From: an uncultured Phycisphaerales bacterium
GTDB lineage: Bacteria; Planctomycetota; Phycisphaerae; Sedimentisphaerales; Anaerobacaceae
Direction: 5' to 3'
DNA length: 64,000 nt
Assembly: GCA_963718665.1 (NCBI GenBank)
Contig: OY970359.1
Coordinates: forward strand, 1,856,001 to 1,920,000
Shown piece after piece: positions 28,003-36,361 of the stretch. The notes under the pieces are model-generated. The model was not told where the DNA came from and did no database searches. It worked only from the letters and a program-made list of their open reading frames with translations. Position 1 is the first letter of the stretch; each line of letters begins with the position of its first letter. Both the position numbers and the translations under genes were made by a program.

Positions 28003-29262
28003 TTATGTGCCTTCGCCGAAGTCGGCGAGGTATTTGACCTGCTCAGGCGTCAGCTTGTCAATCGAGATACCCATCGATTTGAGTTTCAATGTGCAGACGA
28101 TATTTTCAATCTCGACTGGAACATTATAAACGGCGGCGGTCAGCGACTTGGCGTTTTTGATAACGTATTCGGCCTCTAACGCCTGCGTTGCGAAGCTCAT
28201 ATCCATAACCGAGGCGGGGTGACCTTTGGCGGCTGCGAGGTTAATCAGCCGGCCTTGACCGAGCAGATGTATGCGGTTGCCGTTCTTAAGAATGTATTCA
28301 TCGACGTGCTCTCGAACGCCTTTGTTTACTTTTTTGCTTAGTTTCGTCAGGGCAGGTATGTCGATTTCGACGTTGAAGTGGCCCGAGTTAGCGACGACAG
28401 CCCGGTCTTTCATAACGCGGAAATGCTCGCCGCGTATTACGTTTTTATTGCCTGTCAGTGTCAGGAATAAATCGCCTATTTTCGCGGCTTGCTGCATAGG
28501 CATAACGTCGAAGCCGTCCATTGAGGCCTCGATTGCCTTTATGGGGTCTATTTCGGTAACGATGACGATTGCGCCCATACCTTTGCATCGCATCGCAAAG
28601 CCCCGTCCGCACCAGCCATAACCGACGACCACGACTTTCTTACCTGCTATTAAGAGGTCGGTGGCTCGAATCACGCCATCGACGGTTGATTGCCCTGTCC
28701 CATAGCGGTTATCGAACAGATGTTTGCTTGCCGCGTCGTTTACCGCGATGACGGGGAATTTCAGTTTGCCGGATTTTTCGAGTGCGCGAAGCCGGATAAC
28801 GCCCGTTGTTGTTTCTTCCATACTGGCGATTATTCTTGGTGCGTCGGCAGTGCGTGATGTGTGCAGCTCTGTAACGAGGTCTGCGCCGTCATCGAAAGTA
28901 ATAACCGGCTTGTGGTCGAGGGCGGCGTGAATATGTTTGTAGTATGTTTTACGGTCTTCACCGCAGATTGCGAAAACGGGTATCCCAAAATCCTTAACAA
29001 GAGAGGCGGCGACGTCATCCTGGGTGCTGAGCGGATTCGATGCGCACAAAACCAGATTTGCGCCTGCTGCCTTGAGGGTCCGGGCAAGATTGGCGGTCTC
29101 GGCGGTTACGTGAAGACAGGCAGAAACGTTTTTGCCGGCCAACGGTTTCTGCTTTGCGAATCTTTCGCGTATCGATGCCAGAACCGGCATATCATTGTCC
29201 GCCCACAGTATGCGTTTTTTGCCTGCTACGGCAAGCGACATATTGGCTACATCTGATTTCAT
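28003..29262 (-). CDS. ahcY: Adenosylhomocysteinase
   Basis: SNPLSTQD, EETTTG, KHLFDNRYGTGQS, GHPASVMDMSF. Confidence 0.98.
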   Translation of the reverse strand: MKSDVANMSLAVAGKKRILWADNDMPVLASIRERFAKQKPLAGKNVSACLHVTAETANLARTLKAAGANLVLCASNPLSTQDDVAASLVKDFGIPVFAICGEDRKTYYKHIHAALDHKPVITFDDGADLVTELHTSRTADAPRIIASMEETTTGVIRLRALEKSGKLKFPVIAVNDAASKHLFDNRYGTGQSTVDGVIRATDLLIAGKKVVVVGYGWCGRGFAMRCKGMGAIVIVTEIDPIKAIEASMDGFDVMPMQQAAKIGDLFLTLTGNKNVIRGEHFRVMKDRAVVANSGHFNVEIDIPALTKLSKKVNKGVREHVDEYILKNGNRIHLLGQGRLINLAAAKGHPASVMDMSFATQALEAEYVIKNAKSLTAAVYNVPVEIENIVCTLKLKSMGISIDKLTPEQVKYLADFGEGT

Positions 29263-29290
29263 TCGGTTTTCCTTTCAAGTAAAAGCACGA

Positions 29291-29319
29291 ATTATACACA
29301 TCAGGCCTCTGATTTTCAA
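29291..29319 (-). promoter_or_regulatory. Sigma70-type promoter of ahcY
   Basis: TTGAAA-N17-TATAAT on the minus strand. Confidence 0.7.
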
Positions 29320-29353
29320 GCTAAAACGTTGGCTGATTGCGTTCCAGCCGGGC

Positions 29354-29538
29354 TAATTTTCGCCGGCAGGCAAATCTGTTATATAGTATAATTGCCGCTG
29401 GAATGGGTGAGCACGGACGCCAGCCTGTCATCATCTTCAGGCGGAAATTCATATACCCTGATTGTTAGACCTTCGATGCCAGCTTCGTTGCTATCGGTAA
29501 CTGTTCCGCTGATTGAACCGCAATAATCGGGTACCTGT
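29354..29538 (-). pseudogene. Fragment of a carboxypeptidase-regulatory-like (prealbumin-fold) domain gene
   Basis: Minus strand reads GSISGTVTDSNEAGIEGLTIRVY...THSSGNYTI*, then after a frameshift ITDLPAGEN*. Confidence 0.6.
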
Positions 29539-29602
29539 CAAATAAACCAGAAGGGACGTAACAGGTAAACTTTCGTTCCTGAGACGTTAAAGATATGACA
29601 AA

Positions 29603-29803
29603 ATGGGCGATACAGGACTCGAACACACCCCATTAGAGCAGTCAAAAACCCTGATTTCAGCAAGTGGCGGCGCAGAATCCGACGCGCGTAATGCGCCGAA
29701 CACCCTTCAAGACCCTGATTTGGCGTTGGTGGTCGAACAGTGGCCGAACCTGCCGTAGCATATCAAAGCAGCAATCAAAGCATTAGTTAAAATTCAATTT
29801 TAA
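29603..29803 (+). pseudogene. att-associated small ORF with internal stop
   Basis: MGDTGLEHTPLEQSK...GGAESDA...DPDLALVVEQWPNLP*HIKAAIKALVKIQF*. Followed by a truncated MTISEKQLEAKRT* at 29815 with an AAGGAG RBS. Confidence 0.55.
29604..29624 (-). repeat. att-like direct repeat of the tRNA-Val 3' end
   Basis: TGGGCGATACAGGACTCGAAC vs TGGGCGATACAGGGTTCGAAC at 39512-39532 (13 bp exact, 19/21 overall). Confidence 0.85.
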
Positions 29804-30298
29804 GGAGATACCCAATGACCATATCTGAAAAGCAGTTAGAAGCTAAACGCACTTGAACAAAGAATGGAGCGGGCACTATCGATTAGCGGGGAATTGCTGG
29901 GATTGTAGACCGGAAGCTGGTTGCCAGAGTAATTCTTATGCCGGGGCAGCACAGGGAATATTTTTGTTGCAATGTCGCCAGTTAAAAACGCGCGCACGCG
30001 CGCGATAAAGCGTCCGAAAACTCGTTTTTGAAGCGAAAACGCGTTTTCCGAGTCCATAAAAAAGGGGATTGTTTTCGGGTTTTTTGGGGGGAATTGTAAG
30101 CAATATCTTAGGTAGAATTATAAGTGCGGCAAGTAGTCATTGGAAATCCGATTTTGAATTCGGCTTTTGCGGAGCCGAATAGACACTGGAAGTTTGGCGA
30201 GCAGGGGATAACAAACGAAGTCGTGAAATCACAGCGGGCAAGTTCGTGCTAATCCGTAGCAAAAAAACCTTCGTATTTCTCTGTGATGTTTTAGTTGA

Positions 30299-30613
30299 TT
30301 AGTGGGATTGTTGATGTTCAGGCGATATATCTTCGTTGCTGACAAGAGTCAAGCCAACCGGATCGAATGGTTCCTGTGTCTGCCCGATATGGACTATGTT
30401 TTCTGCTTTAACGCTCACAACATTACCTTTTAGGCCTTTTTCATCTTCCCAGACGTAGTATTGGCCACAACTACTCTTGTCACTGGCCGGGATATAAAAA
30501 AGAGGGCAGCAGACCTTCGTGCTTGCATTACGGCCATTTTCACTGCGGTGTTTAATGAGAATCTTTTTCCTGCCTTTGATCGCCTGAATAAAAATATCAT
30601 GGTCACGGTGCAT
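30299..30613 (-). CDS. Small stand-alone WYL-like domain protein
   Basis: FIQAIKGRKKILIKH...TKVCCP...YYVW...NIVHIGQTQEPFDP follows the WYL layout (AI.....V...Y / R...P / I......T.E.F). Confidence 0.6.
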   Translation of the reverse strand: MHRDHDIFIQAIKGRKKILIKHRSENGRNASTKVCCPLFYIPASDKSSCGQYYVWEDEKGLKGNVVSVKAENIVHIGQTQEPFDPVGLTLVSNEDISPEHQQSH

Positions 30614-31016
30614 ATAATCTCCTGATTACTTTATTATTGTCGGAGGCGCAAATCCGAAATAGCTTATTGCGCACCCAGCAAATTAATCGGCTTGATGTGC
30701 CGGTTTCGCAGGCGACGAGATGCTCGGCTTTTTTATAAAGGTATAGTGCCCGACAAACACCATTTCTTTCTGTTTTGCTTATATTGCCGTCCATCCCGCA
30801 CGCATTGATAAAATAATCAGCAACCGCTTTGGCAACTTCCCCTGAAATCGTTTCGATGTATGCAAACTTGTGATTTTGTACCTTATGAAGGCGGGAAACT
30901 TCCGCGATGGGAGCGATGGGGTTATCAGCCAACCCTATGAACCAATCCTCATATTCGCCACCCCCTTGGCGGATATAGGTTTCCATCTGTTCAATGATGT
31001 ATTTCTGGTTACCCAC
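30603..31016 (-). CDS. Small protein with degenerate GIY-YIG-like fold
   Basis: GGEYEDWFIGLADNP...LHKV...AKAVADYF...GMDG...LYLYKK resembles the W-Y-V-G-I...P..RL..H family. GTG start; overlaps the next gene. Confidence 0.55.
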   Translation of the reverse strand: MGNQKYIIEQMETYIRQGGGEYEDWFIGLADNPIAPIAEVSRLHKVQNHKFAYIETISGEVAKAVADYFINACGMDGNISKTERNGVCRALYLYKKAEHLVACETGTSSRLICWVRNKLFRICASDNNKVIRRLYAP

Positions 31017-31107
31017 TGCCGTATTCGTCTATAGTTTTCTCTGAACGAGCCGCTTACCAGTCATTTGGCATATTAAGCCGCTGCTAATGCGGCCTGCCCT
31101 ACTGTTA

Positions 31108-31136
31108 AAGGCGACTGACTGCATAAAATGTTGACG
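31108..31136 (-). promoter_or_regulatory. ECF-type promoter copy A (GIY-YIG-like/mini-WYL operon)
   Basis: CGTCAACATTT-TATGCAGTCAGT-CGCCTT. Confidence 0.8.
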
Positions 31137-31197
31137 AAAAATTGCTTTTCAGGGGAAATTCATGCTGAATGGCTTCGCGCATTTGCGTCTTCGTGGT

Positions 31198-31236
31198 AAT
31201 AAAACTGGGGCAAAGAGGTTTTGTTCCCTTTGCCCC
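31198..31236 (-). terminator. Intrinsic terminator
   Basis: GGGGCAAAG-GGAACAAAACCT-CTTTGCCCC-AGTTTTATT on the minus strand. Confidence 0.7.
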
Positions 31237-31371
31237 ATTTCCAGCAGATCTGCTGGTGTGGAAGCTTCTGCTTAGAACACCCTTTTCACCATCCGAGGAC
31301 GCAGAAGGAAAGGAGAACCATCGTTCTACGCCCCGGTCGGTCTTGCGCAAGCAATCCCTAGCAAAAAACTA
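31198..31371 (-). ncRNA. Candidate ~175-nt small RNA
   Basis: Lies between promoter copy B and a terminator. Contains UUCUCCUUUCCUU and the palindrome CCAGCAGATCTGCTGG. No convincing ORF. Confidence 0.5.
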
Positions 31372-31377
31372 TTATTT

Positions 31378-31406
31378 AAGGCGTCTCAAGCCGCAAAATG
31401 TTGACG
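31378..31406 (-). promoter_or_regulatory. ECF-type promoter copy B (candidate sRNA)
   Basis: CGTCAACATTT-TGCGGCTTGAGA-CGCCTT. Confidence 0.8.
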
Positions 31407-31456
31407 GTTTTAATCCCAAAAACACTTGTTATTTTTACGAGATAACTGCGTCAGCC

Positions 31457-32455
31457 TTATTGTGAATCTACTATTCTCGATGCTATTTGAACAATCCTTT
31501 GTCTTAATGCCTTAGGCGCAAGGACCTCCACCTGGTCACCATAGCCTAAAATCCACCATGTTATCTCATTAAGCCCATCCACACGGAATTTCAGTACCAC
31601 CGAGCCATCATCCTCAAAAGAGGCGGTCTGTGTTTCATGCCATCGGACTTCAGCCACTTCCGCAGCGATTCGCGGGCAGAATCTCAATTCGACCTCGTAG
31701 ATTTGGCCTTCTCGCAATAATGACCAGGCATACCCAAAATACTCGCGAAGGTCGAATTTCTCATCTTCCACAAAATATCTGTCTAAAGGACTCAACTGTG
31801 TGATATGATTCAACTCGAAAGTATGCACCGCCTTGTGAAAACTCGATTCTCCGATTACATGCCAGGTGTGCGAGGAATATACCAGGTAATAAGGATTTAA
31901 GTCCGTTGTGACAGACCTTTGTTCGACAGGCAAATAGCAATGAATGGCCAAAACCCGCTTTACTTGAATAGCTTCCAGAACCTGCATAAATGTTTTATCC
32001 AACAGGTCCATACTGGCTTTAGGGGCAGGCCTAATTGAGATAAATCGAAACGATTCGTCGCAAAAATGTCTTACTTCCCGTCTCAGGCAATTCTCAATTT
32101 TAAGGGATAACAGCCGGGCAGGATAAGTAAAAGGAAGCTGTATATTGTGGCTCGCCTCGTGAAGCAGTAACAGCAAGCTGAATGCTTCCTCTTTGGACAG
32201 AGCAGGTGTTGGAAGAGGTGATTGAAGGTCTAAAGTATAACAGTGGCGCCTTGTGTTGAAACGACAAGGCAAACCCGCCCCTTGTAGCTCTTTCAGGTCT
32301 CTATATACAGTGCGACGGCTTTTTCCCAGTATCTCGGTTAATTCCGAAATTGCATAGCCCCTCCGGGATTGCAACGCTGTCAATAACTGCATTATTCTGC
32401 TGGTTCTGCTGTTTTTCATACGCCCTTTTGTTTTGATGCTCGGTTTATATGCCAT
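31457..32455 (-). CDS. HTH-WYL-WCX transcriptional regulator (PafC/DriD-like)
   Basis: ELTEILGKSRRTVYRDLKEL HTH; LNPYYLVYSSHTWHVIG...FELNHI WYL; EITWWILGYGDQVEVLAP..LR WCX. Confidence 0.93.
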   Translation of the reverse strand: MAYKPSIKTKGRMKNSRTSRIMQLLTALQSRRGYAISELTEILGKSRRTVYRDLKELQGAGLPCRFNTRRHCYTLDLQSPLPTPALSKEEAFSLLLLLHEASHNIQLPFTYPARLLSLKIENCLRREVRHFCDESFRFISIRPAPKASMDLLDKTFMQVLEAIQVKRVLAIHCYLPVEQRSVTTDLNPYYLVYSSHTWHVIGESSFHKAVHTFELNHITQLSPLDRYFVEDEKFDLREYFGYAWSLLREGQIYEVELRFCPRIAAEVAEVRWHETQTASFEDDGSVVLKFRVDGLNEITWWILGYGDQVEVLAPKALRQRIVQIASRIVDSQ

Positions 32456-32489
32456 ATTAGATGCTTGCTCATCGGTATCACCTTTTTAT

Positions 32490-32519
32490 AAGGCGTTTGG
32501 AAACAGCTAAAGGTTGATT
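32490..32519 (-). promoter_or_regulatory. ECF-type promoter copy D, variant (WYL regulator)
   Basis: AATCAACCTTT-N13-CGCCTT, about 35 bp upstream of the WYL start. Confidence 0.65.
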
Positions 32520-32548
32520 GTTTTTTGAGGCCATATCGCGTTTTTTGC

Positions 32549-32578
32549 TTGATTTTAGTAAACAAAATGTGCTATAAT
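32549..32578 (+). promoter_or_regulatory. Sigma70-type promoter of the dockerin-like gene
   Basis: TTGATT-N18-TATAAT with extended TGn. Confidence 0.55.
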
Positions 32579-32693
32579 GCCTGACGTTTAGACGGATAGA
32601 TGATGACAAGGGAGTAAGCAGACCGTTCACCTTCGGAGGGGAAGGTCGTATCTATTGATGCTGGGTTAAGGTTCTAAAAACTCATTAAAGGGA

Positions 32694-33398
32694 GTGTGGG
32701 CTGTGAAAAGATTGATTTTTTTCATACTGCTTCTGGTTGCAACAGTGCCAGCAGCGCACGCCGAAGTATTCACAAGAGTTTGTATGGCGGATGGCGATAC
32801 ACCGCTTGAGCTTGCCGACCCCTGTATTCCATTCGTTTACCGCCCAATTATGGTTGGAACGCACCTTACTATAGTTATTAGTTCTGATACGAGTGATTAC
32901 TGGGACGGCGGCGAACTGGCTCTTTGGGATGCAAACCAGAATTACGGTGTTTTGTCCGGAGGTTCACAATTACCGGCTGCCGGCGATATGGCCATAGTAT
33001 GGCCTGTTGTAGAAGCTGAGGAAGTGGACGGGCAGTGGCACGATGCCAATGGTTTTCAGTTTTCCGGGTCCCCGGACTCTACTGCCCTAATCGGCGACTG
33101 GTTTATAGTTGATTATAATGCCATTAGCGTGGGTACCTGTTCTGTTATCTTTTACAACTACGACGTGGATTGGAATAACCCGTTATACGCAATGTCTTTC
33201 ACTCATGTCGTAACACGCGATTTTAATGGTGATGGAATAGTCAACTTTGAGGATTTTGCGGTGCTTGGCTTGAATTGGCGAAGAACCGGCTGTTCTGAAC
33301 CGGATAATTGCTCGGGAACCGACCTTGATGCCGATGGGTATGTAGGTATCAGCGACTTAATGCAATTTGCCGAATACTGGCTGGAAAAGACCAGATAA
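32694..33398 (+). CDS. Secreted protein with C-terminal dockerin-like (paired EF-hand) module
   Basis: Signal peptide ending AHA. DFNGDGIVNFEDF...W and DLDADGYVGISDL...F...WL. Confidence 0.85.
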   Translation: MWAVKRLIFFILLLVATVPAAHAEVFTRVCMADGDTPLELADPCIPFVYRPIMVGTHLTIVISSDTSDYWDGGELALWDANQNYGVLSGGSQLPAAGDMAIVWPVVEAEEVDGQWHDANGFQFSGSPDSTALIGDWFIVDYNAISVGTCSVIFYNYDVDWNNPLYAMSFTHVVTRDFNGDGIVNFEDFAVLGLNWRRTGCSEPDNCSGTDLDADGYVGISDLMQFAEYWLEKTR

Positions 33399-33456
33399 TC
33401 AGCAACCTCGATTTAACCCTTGTGAGACCATTAAACCATAATAATTTTCTCTCAAT

Positions 33457-33473
33457 GGGTCAGGTTATGTCAC
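33457..33473. promoter_or_regulatory. Candidate WYL-regulator operator
   Basis: GGGTCAGGTTATGTCAC, 13/17 identical to GTGACAGGTTTTGACAC at 38799. Consensus GTGACA-N5-TGTCAC. Confidence 0.45.
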
Positions 33474-33488
33474 AGGAGGGCAGAAAAT

Positions 33489-33517
33489 CGTCAACATTTC
33501 CATTTTCACAACGCCTT
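33489..33517 (+). promoter_or_regulatory. ECF-type promoter copy C (C39 polyprotein)
   Basis: CGTCAACATTT-CCATTTTCACAA-CGCCTT. Confidence 0.8.
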
Positions 33518-33598
33518 CAATTTATGGGTGTTGCTGTAAACGCCCGGTGATGATTGGTTAAGGTGGTTTTTGTGATAACGCAGTAGATACGAGAGGAG

Positions 33599-35410
33599 AT
33601 GTGTTATGAACACACGAATATTTTAGGAATTATCGTCATAGTGCTGCTTGGCAGCGGAATCGCAGTTGCAGACAGACCCTTAGAGCGTGCGGAGCTTCTG
33701 CAAATCTTTGAACAATTAACCGCTCAACCCCGCAAGACCTGGATTGCTGCGGGCACAATTGAGGCGTCACATCAGGAATATGGTGCATCAGCCGTTACCG
33801 ACGAAAATGAGATTAACCGGCAAATCGCCGCGGAGATTCAGCGGTATCGGAATGAGTCAAACAAAAGAGAGCTTACCGAAGAGATGCAGAAAATGAAACT
33901 TGACGCGATGCCTTTTAACATTCGCCACAAGTTATCCAACGAATACACAATGAATTCTACGGAACAGGTAAAATTTGACAGTAAGCGGTTCTACTGGGAG
34001 ATTGACGTTGATTCAAGGTCTGATTCGGTAAAACCGGGCAGGGAGTTAGCCGGCAATTTCATGACTCAGCAATTCGACCTCGGCGGAAATCAAAAACGTA
34101 TATTTGCCTGGGATGGCGATAAGTACACCACGTATTTCCTGCCTGCCAACAATGCTATTGTCGATGCAGGGGGAAATAGCCCGCATTCTGTAAACGGGCC
34201 TTTAACCGCAGGGGTGGTGCCGTGGGGATACGGTCGCTACACATACAGTAATCTTTGTGCCGTTGAGTCATCGGGCATTGAATCGACCGCCAACGGTGAG
34301 ACACAAATAGTTTTGACGCTCAAAGAAGCCGACGGCAGCGAAAGTAACTTTACACTGGACTCCGCCAAAAACTATGCCTTAATAAATTGTTTAATAGGAA
34401 AACCGGATGGCTCGACAATTTCAAGACAGTATTCGGATTATGCATTTATCGCAGGCGGCTGGGTCCCTAAAACCATCCTGATTGAACGATTTGAAGCCGA
34501 CTCGAGTCGGCTGAAAGCCCGCGACTTGTGGAATCTGACTACTATAGACGATAATGTTCCAGAGGCAAACGCTTTTGATGTCCCTTATGGGTCGGATGCG
34601 CTGGTTGAGTATTATTCCGATGGGAGCACTAAGCCGGCAATGTACCGGCAATCAAACGCTGCTGATACAAACCAGCTCCTGACGAAACGTTTGGCGATAG
34701 TCAAATCAAATGGAGCGAATACGCGAAATTGCGCAACAATAGCGATAAGATACGTCGCGTCGGAATTCGGTGTTACAATTTCAGATAAAGATCTTGCATC
34801 CCTCGTTAATCAGACCAGTGGCACTACGAGTATGTACGATATGAAATACTTCCTGCAGGGATTTGGACTATATTGTCGAGCGGTTAAGACAAACATCGAT
34901 ACGCTCAAAAATCTAAACGGCTGCAAGGCAATTTTATATTTCCCAGGGAGGAACCATTACGTTGTCGTGGACCGCATTGATGACCAATATGTCTGGATAA
35001 CAGACCTTTCGTCGGCCAAATTCTATTACCGCACGGAAATCAGCTTTTTTGATATGGACTGGACAGACGGGGCGGCTTTACTTGTTTCGAAACAGCCGAT
35101 TCAGGGCGATTTTAATGAAATCGGCAGCGACCAGCAGGCAGGTATAACCGGCGGCGACGGTTACGCCTGCACATATCTAATTCAGCAATACAATGTCATC
35201 TTTTGCAGCTATGTTGCCGGTTTGTGTGGAGGTAATTACTATGTATATTACACACGCTATGGATGCCAAGCTGACGATAGCGGCGGCAGTTGCTCCAGCA
35301 CAAAAATGGTCAGATGTATGTCAACCCCCTGCATTAACGACCCTGATATCCTTGAGGCCTGCAATGTGACCGGCGTGTGGACATGTTATTATATGATGGC
35401 ATGTATGTAA
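33599..35410 (+). CDS. Secreted polyprotein: N-terminal beta-rich domain + C39-like peptidase + double-Gly leader + 10-Cys C-terminal peptide
   Basis: AGAGGAG RBS and signal peptide. RNCATIAI (Cys), GTTSMYDM, RNHYVVV (His), VWITD (Asp). FNEIGSDQQAGITGG followed by 84 aa with 10 Cys. Confidence 0.85.
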   Translation: MCYEHTNILGIIVIVLLGSGIAVADRPLERAELLQIFEQLTAQPRKTWIAAGTIEASHQEYGASAVTDENEINRQIAAEIQRYRNESNKRELTEEMQKMKLDAMPFNIRHKLSNEYTMNSTEQVKFDSKRFYWEIDVDSRSDSVKPGRELAGNFMTQQFDLGGNQKRIFAWDGDKYTTYFLPANNAIVDAGGNSPHSVNGPLTAGVVPWGYGRYTYSNLCAVESSGIESTANGETQIVLTLKEADGSESNFTLDSAKNYALINCLIGKPDGSTISRQYSDYAFIAGGWVPKTILIERFEADSSRLKARDLWNLTTIDDNVPEANAFDVPYGSDALVEYYSDGSTKPAMYRQSNAADTNQLLTKRLAIVKSNGANTRNCATIAIRYVASEFGVTISDKDLASLVNQTSGTTSMYDMKYFLQGFGLYCRAVKTNIDTLKNLNGCKAILYFPGRNHYVVVDRIDDQYVWITDLSSAKFYYRTEISFFDMDWTDGAALLVSKQPIQGDFNEIGSDQQAGITGGDGYACTYLIQQYNVIFCSYVAGLCGGNYYVYYTRYGCQADDSGGSCSSTKMVRCMSTPCINDPDILEACNVTGVWTCYYMMACM

Positions 35411-35529
35411 TTAGTTGTGACTTTATTGTGGTATTGCCACGTTAAGGTGGTACTGTAGTATACAGGTTATCATACATTGTTGCTCTGACGCACTTGACTT
35501 TCTTTGACGCAGGCCATACAGTGTTGGCT

Positions 35530-36354
35530 ATGCGGCGATTTGGGCTAGTCCTGATTGAATTGATTTTAGTAATAGGAATTATTGCTGTTCTCTTCGCGTT
35601 TTTGGTCCCTTCTCTTCAGAGGTCCCGGCTTCAGGCAAAAGCGGCTGTCTGTATGTCCAATATCAGACAGTTGAATACGGCCTTGTCAATGTACGTTACT
35701 GACACCGGCAAATTCCCTTACGGATTTTATGACCTGCCTCCACCTAATCCACCTATTCCGCCTCCGTCCGGTGGTTATGCTGGTTTATCTCAATATGACA
35801 GAAGGGGGTGGTGGTGGTTTAACTATCTTGAGGACATTTATAAGAAAAATATGGCTGGGAAGACCGTGCTTCAATGCCCTTCCAAACAGCTACAACAGAC
35901 AGCGCTAAAAAATGATATTCTTTGCGGAAACTACGGCGTTAATCTGTTGATTTGCAGAATGTCGAGTGGCGGCGGGGACCAGAATGAAATAGGTAATCCG
36001 ATAGGGATTTCGGAAGTTTTACGGCCGGGGCAGACATTGCTCATAGTCGATAGCGGCTACGCAATCATAAGCTGGCAGCACGCGGCTGATATTCTACCTC
36101 AGGGGATAACGCTTGGCACCATACCATTAGAAAATACTGCTTACGTTCCGGGCCTGTCGATAAATTGCCAAAGACAACTTTTGCCGGAACAGGAAACAGA
36201 TGCTTTATATGGGAGACATCCCCAGATGACGGTTAACGTTGGATTTGTTGATGGTCACGTAGCCCGCATCAAAGCGGAAGATTTGCTCGTCAAAAAAAAG
36301 CCCGACGGCACCTACGAAAATCGGTTTCCGCTATGGGCGCCATGTTCTCAATAG
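35530..36354 (+). CDS. Prepilin-type N-terminal / H-X9-DG (DUF1559-like) protein
   Basis: MRRFGLVLIELILVIGIIAVL..LVPSL, CMSNIRQL, CPS, RHPQMTVNVGFVDGHV. Confidence 0.9.
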   Translation: MRRFGLVLIELILVIGIIAVLFAFLVPSLQRSRLQAKAAVCMSNIRQLNTALSMYVTDTGKFPYGFYDLPPPNPPIPPPSGGYAGLSQYDRRGWWWFNYLEDIYKKNMAGKTVLQCPSKQLQQTALKNDILCGNYGVNLLICRMSSGGGDQNEIGNPIGISEVLRPGQTLLIVDSGYAIISWQHAADILPQGITLGTIPLENTAYVPGLSINCQRQLLPEQETDALYGRHPQMTVNVGFVDGHVARIKAEDLLVKKKPDGTYENRFPLWAPCSQ

Positions 36355-36361
36355 CTGCAGA

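Noticed and set aside
29263..29340. SAH/SAM riboswitch upstream of ahcY (also checked upstream of metX)
   Set aside because: Promoter-like elements sit too close to the start codons to leave room, and no aptamer consensus was recognised.
29989..30004. CGCGCGCACGCGCGCG alternating purine-pyrimidine tract
   Set aside because: Single short occurrence in decayed DNA, with no supporting context for a function.
31141..31260. c-di-GMP-I riboswitch (GGCAAA and GACGCAAA words on the minus strand)
   Set aside because: The words are not arranged around a GNRA-capped P2 stem. GGCAAA is part of the terminator hairpin.
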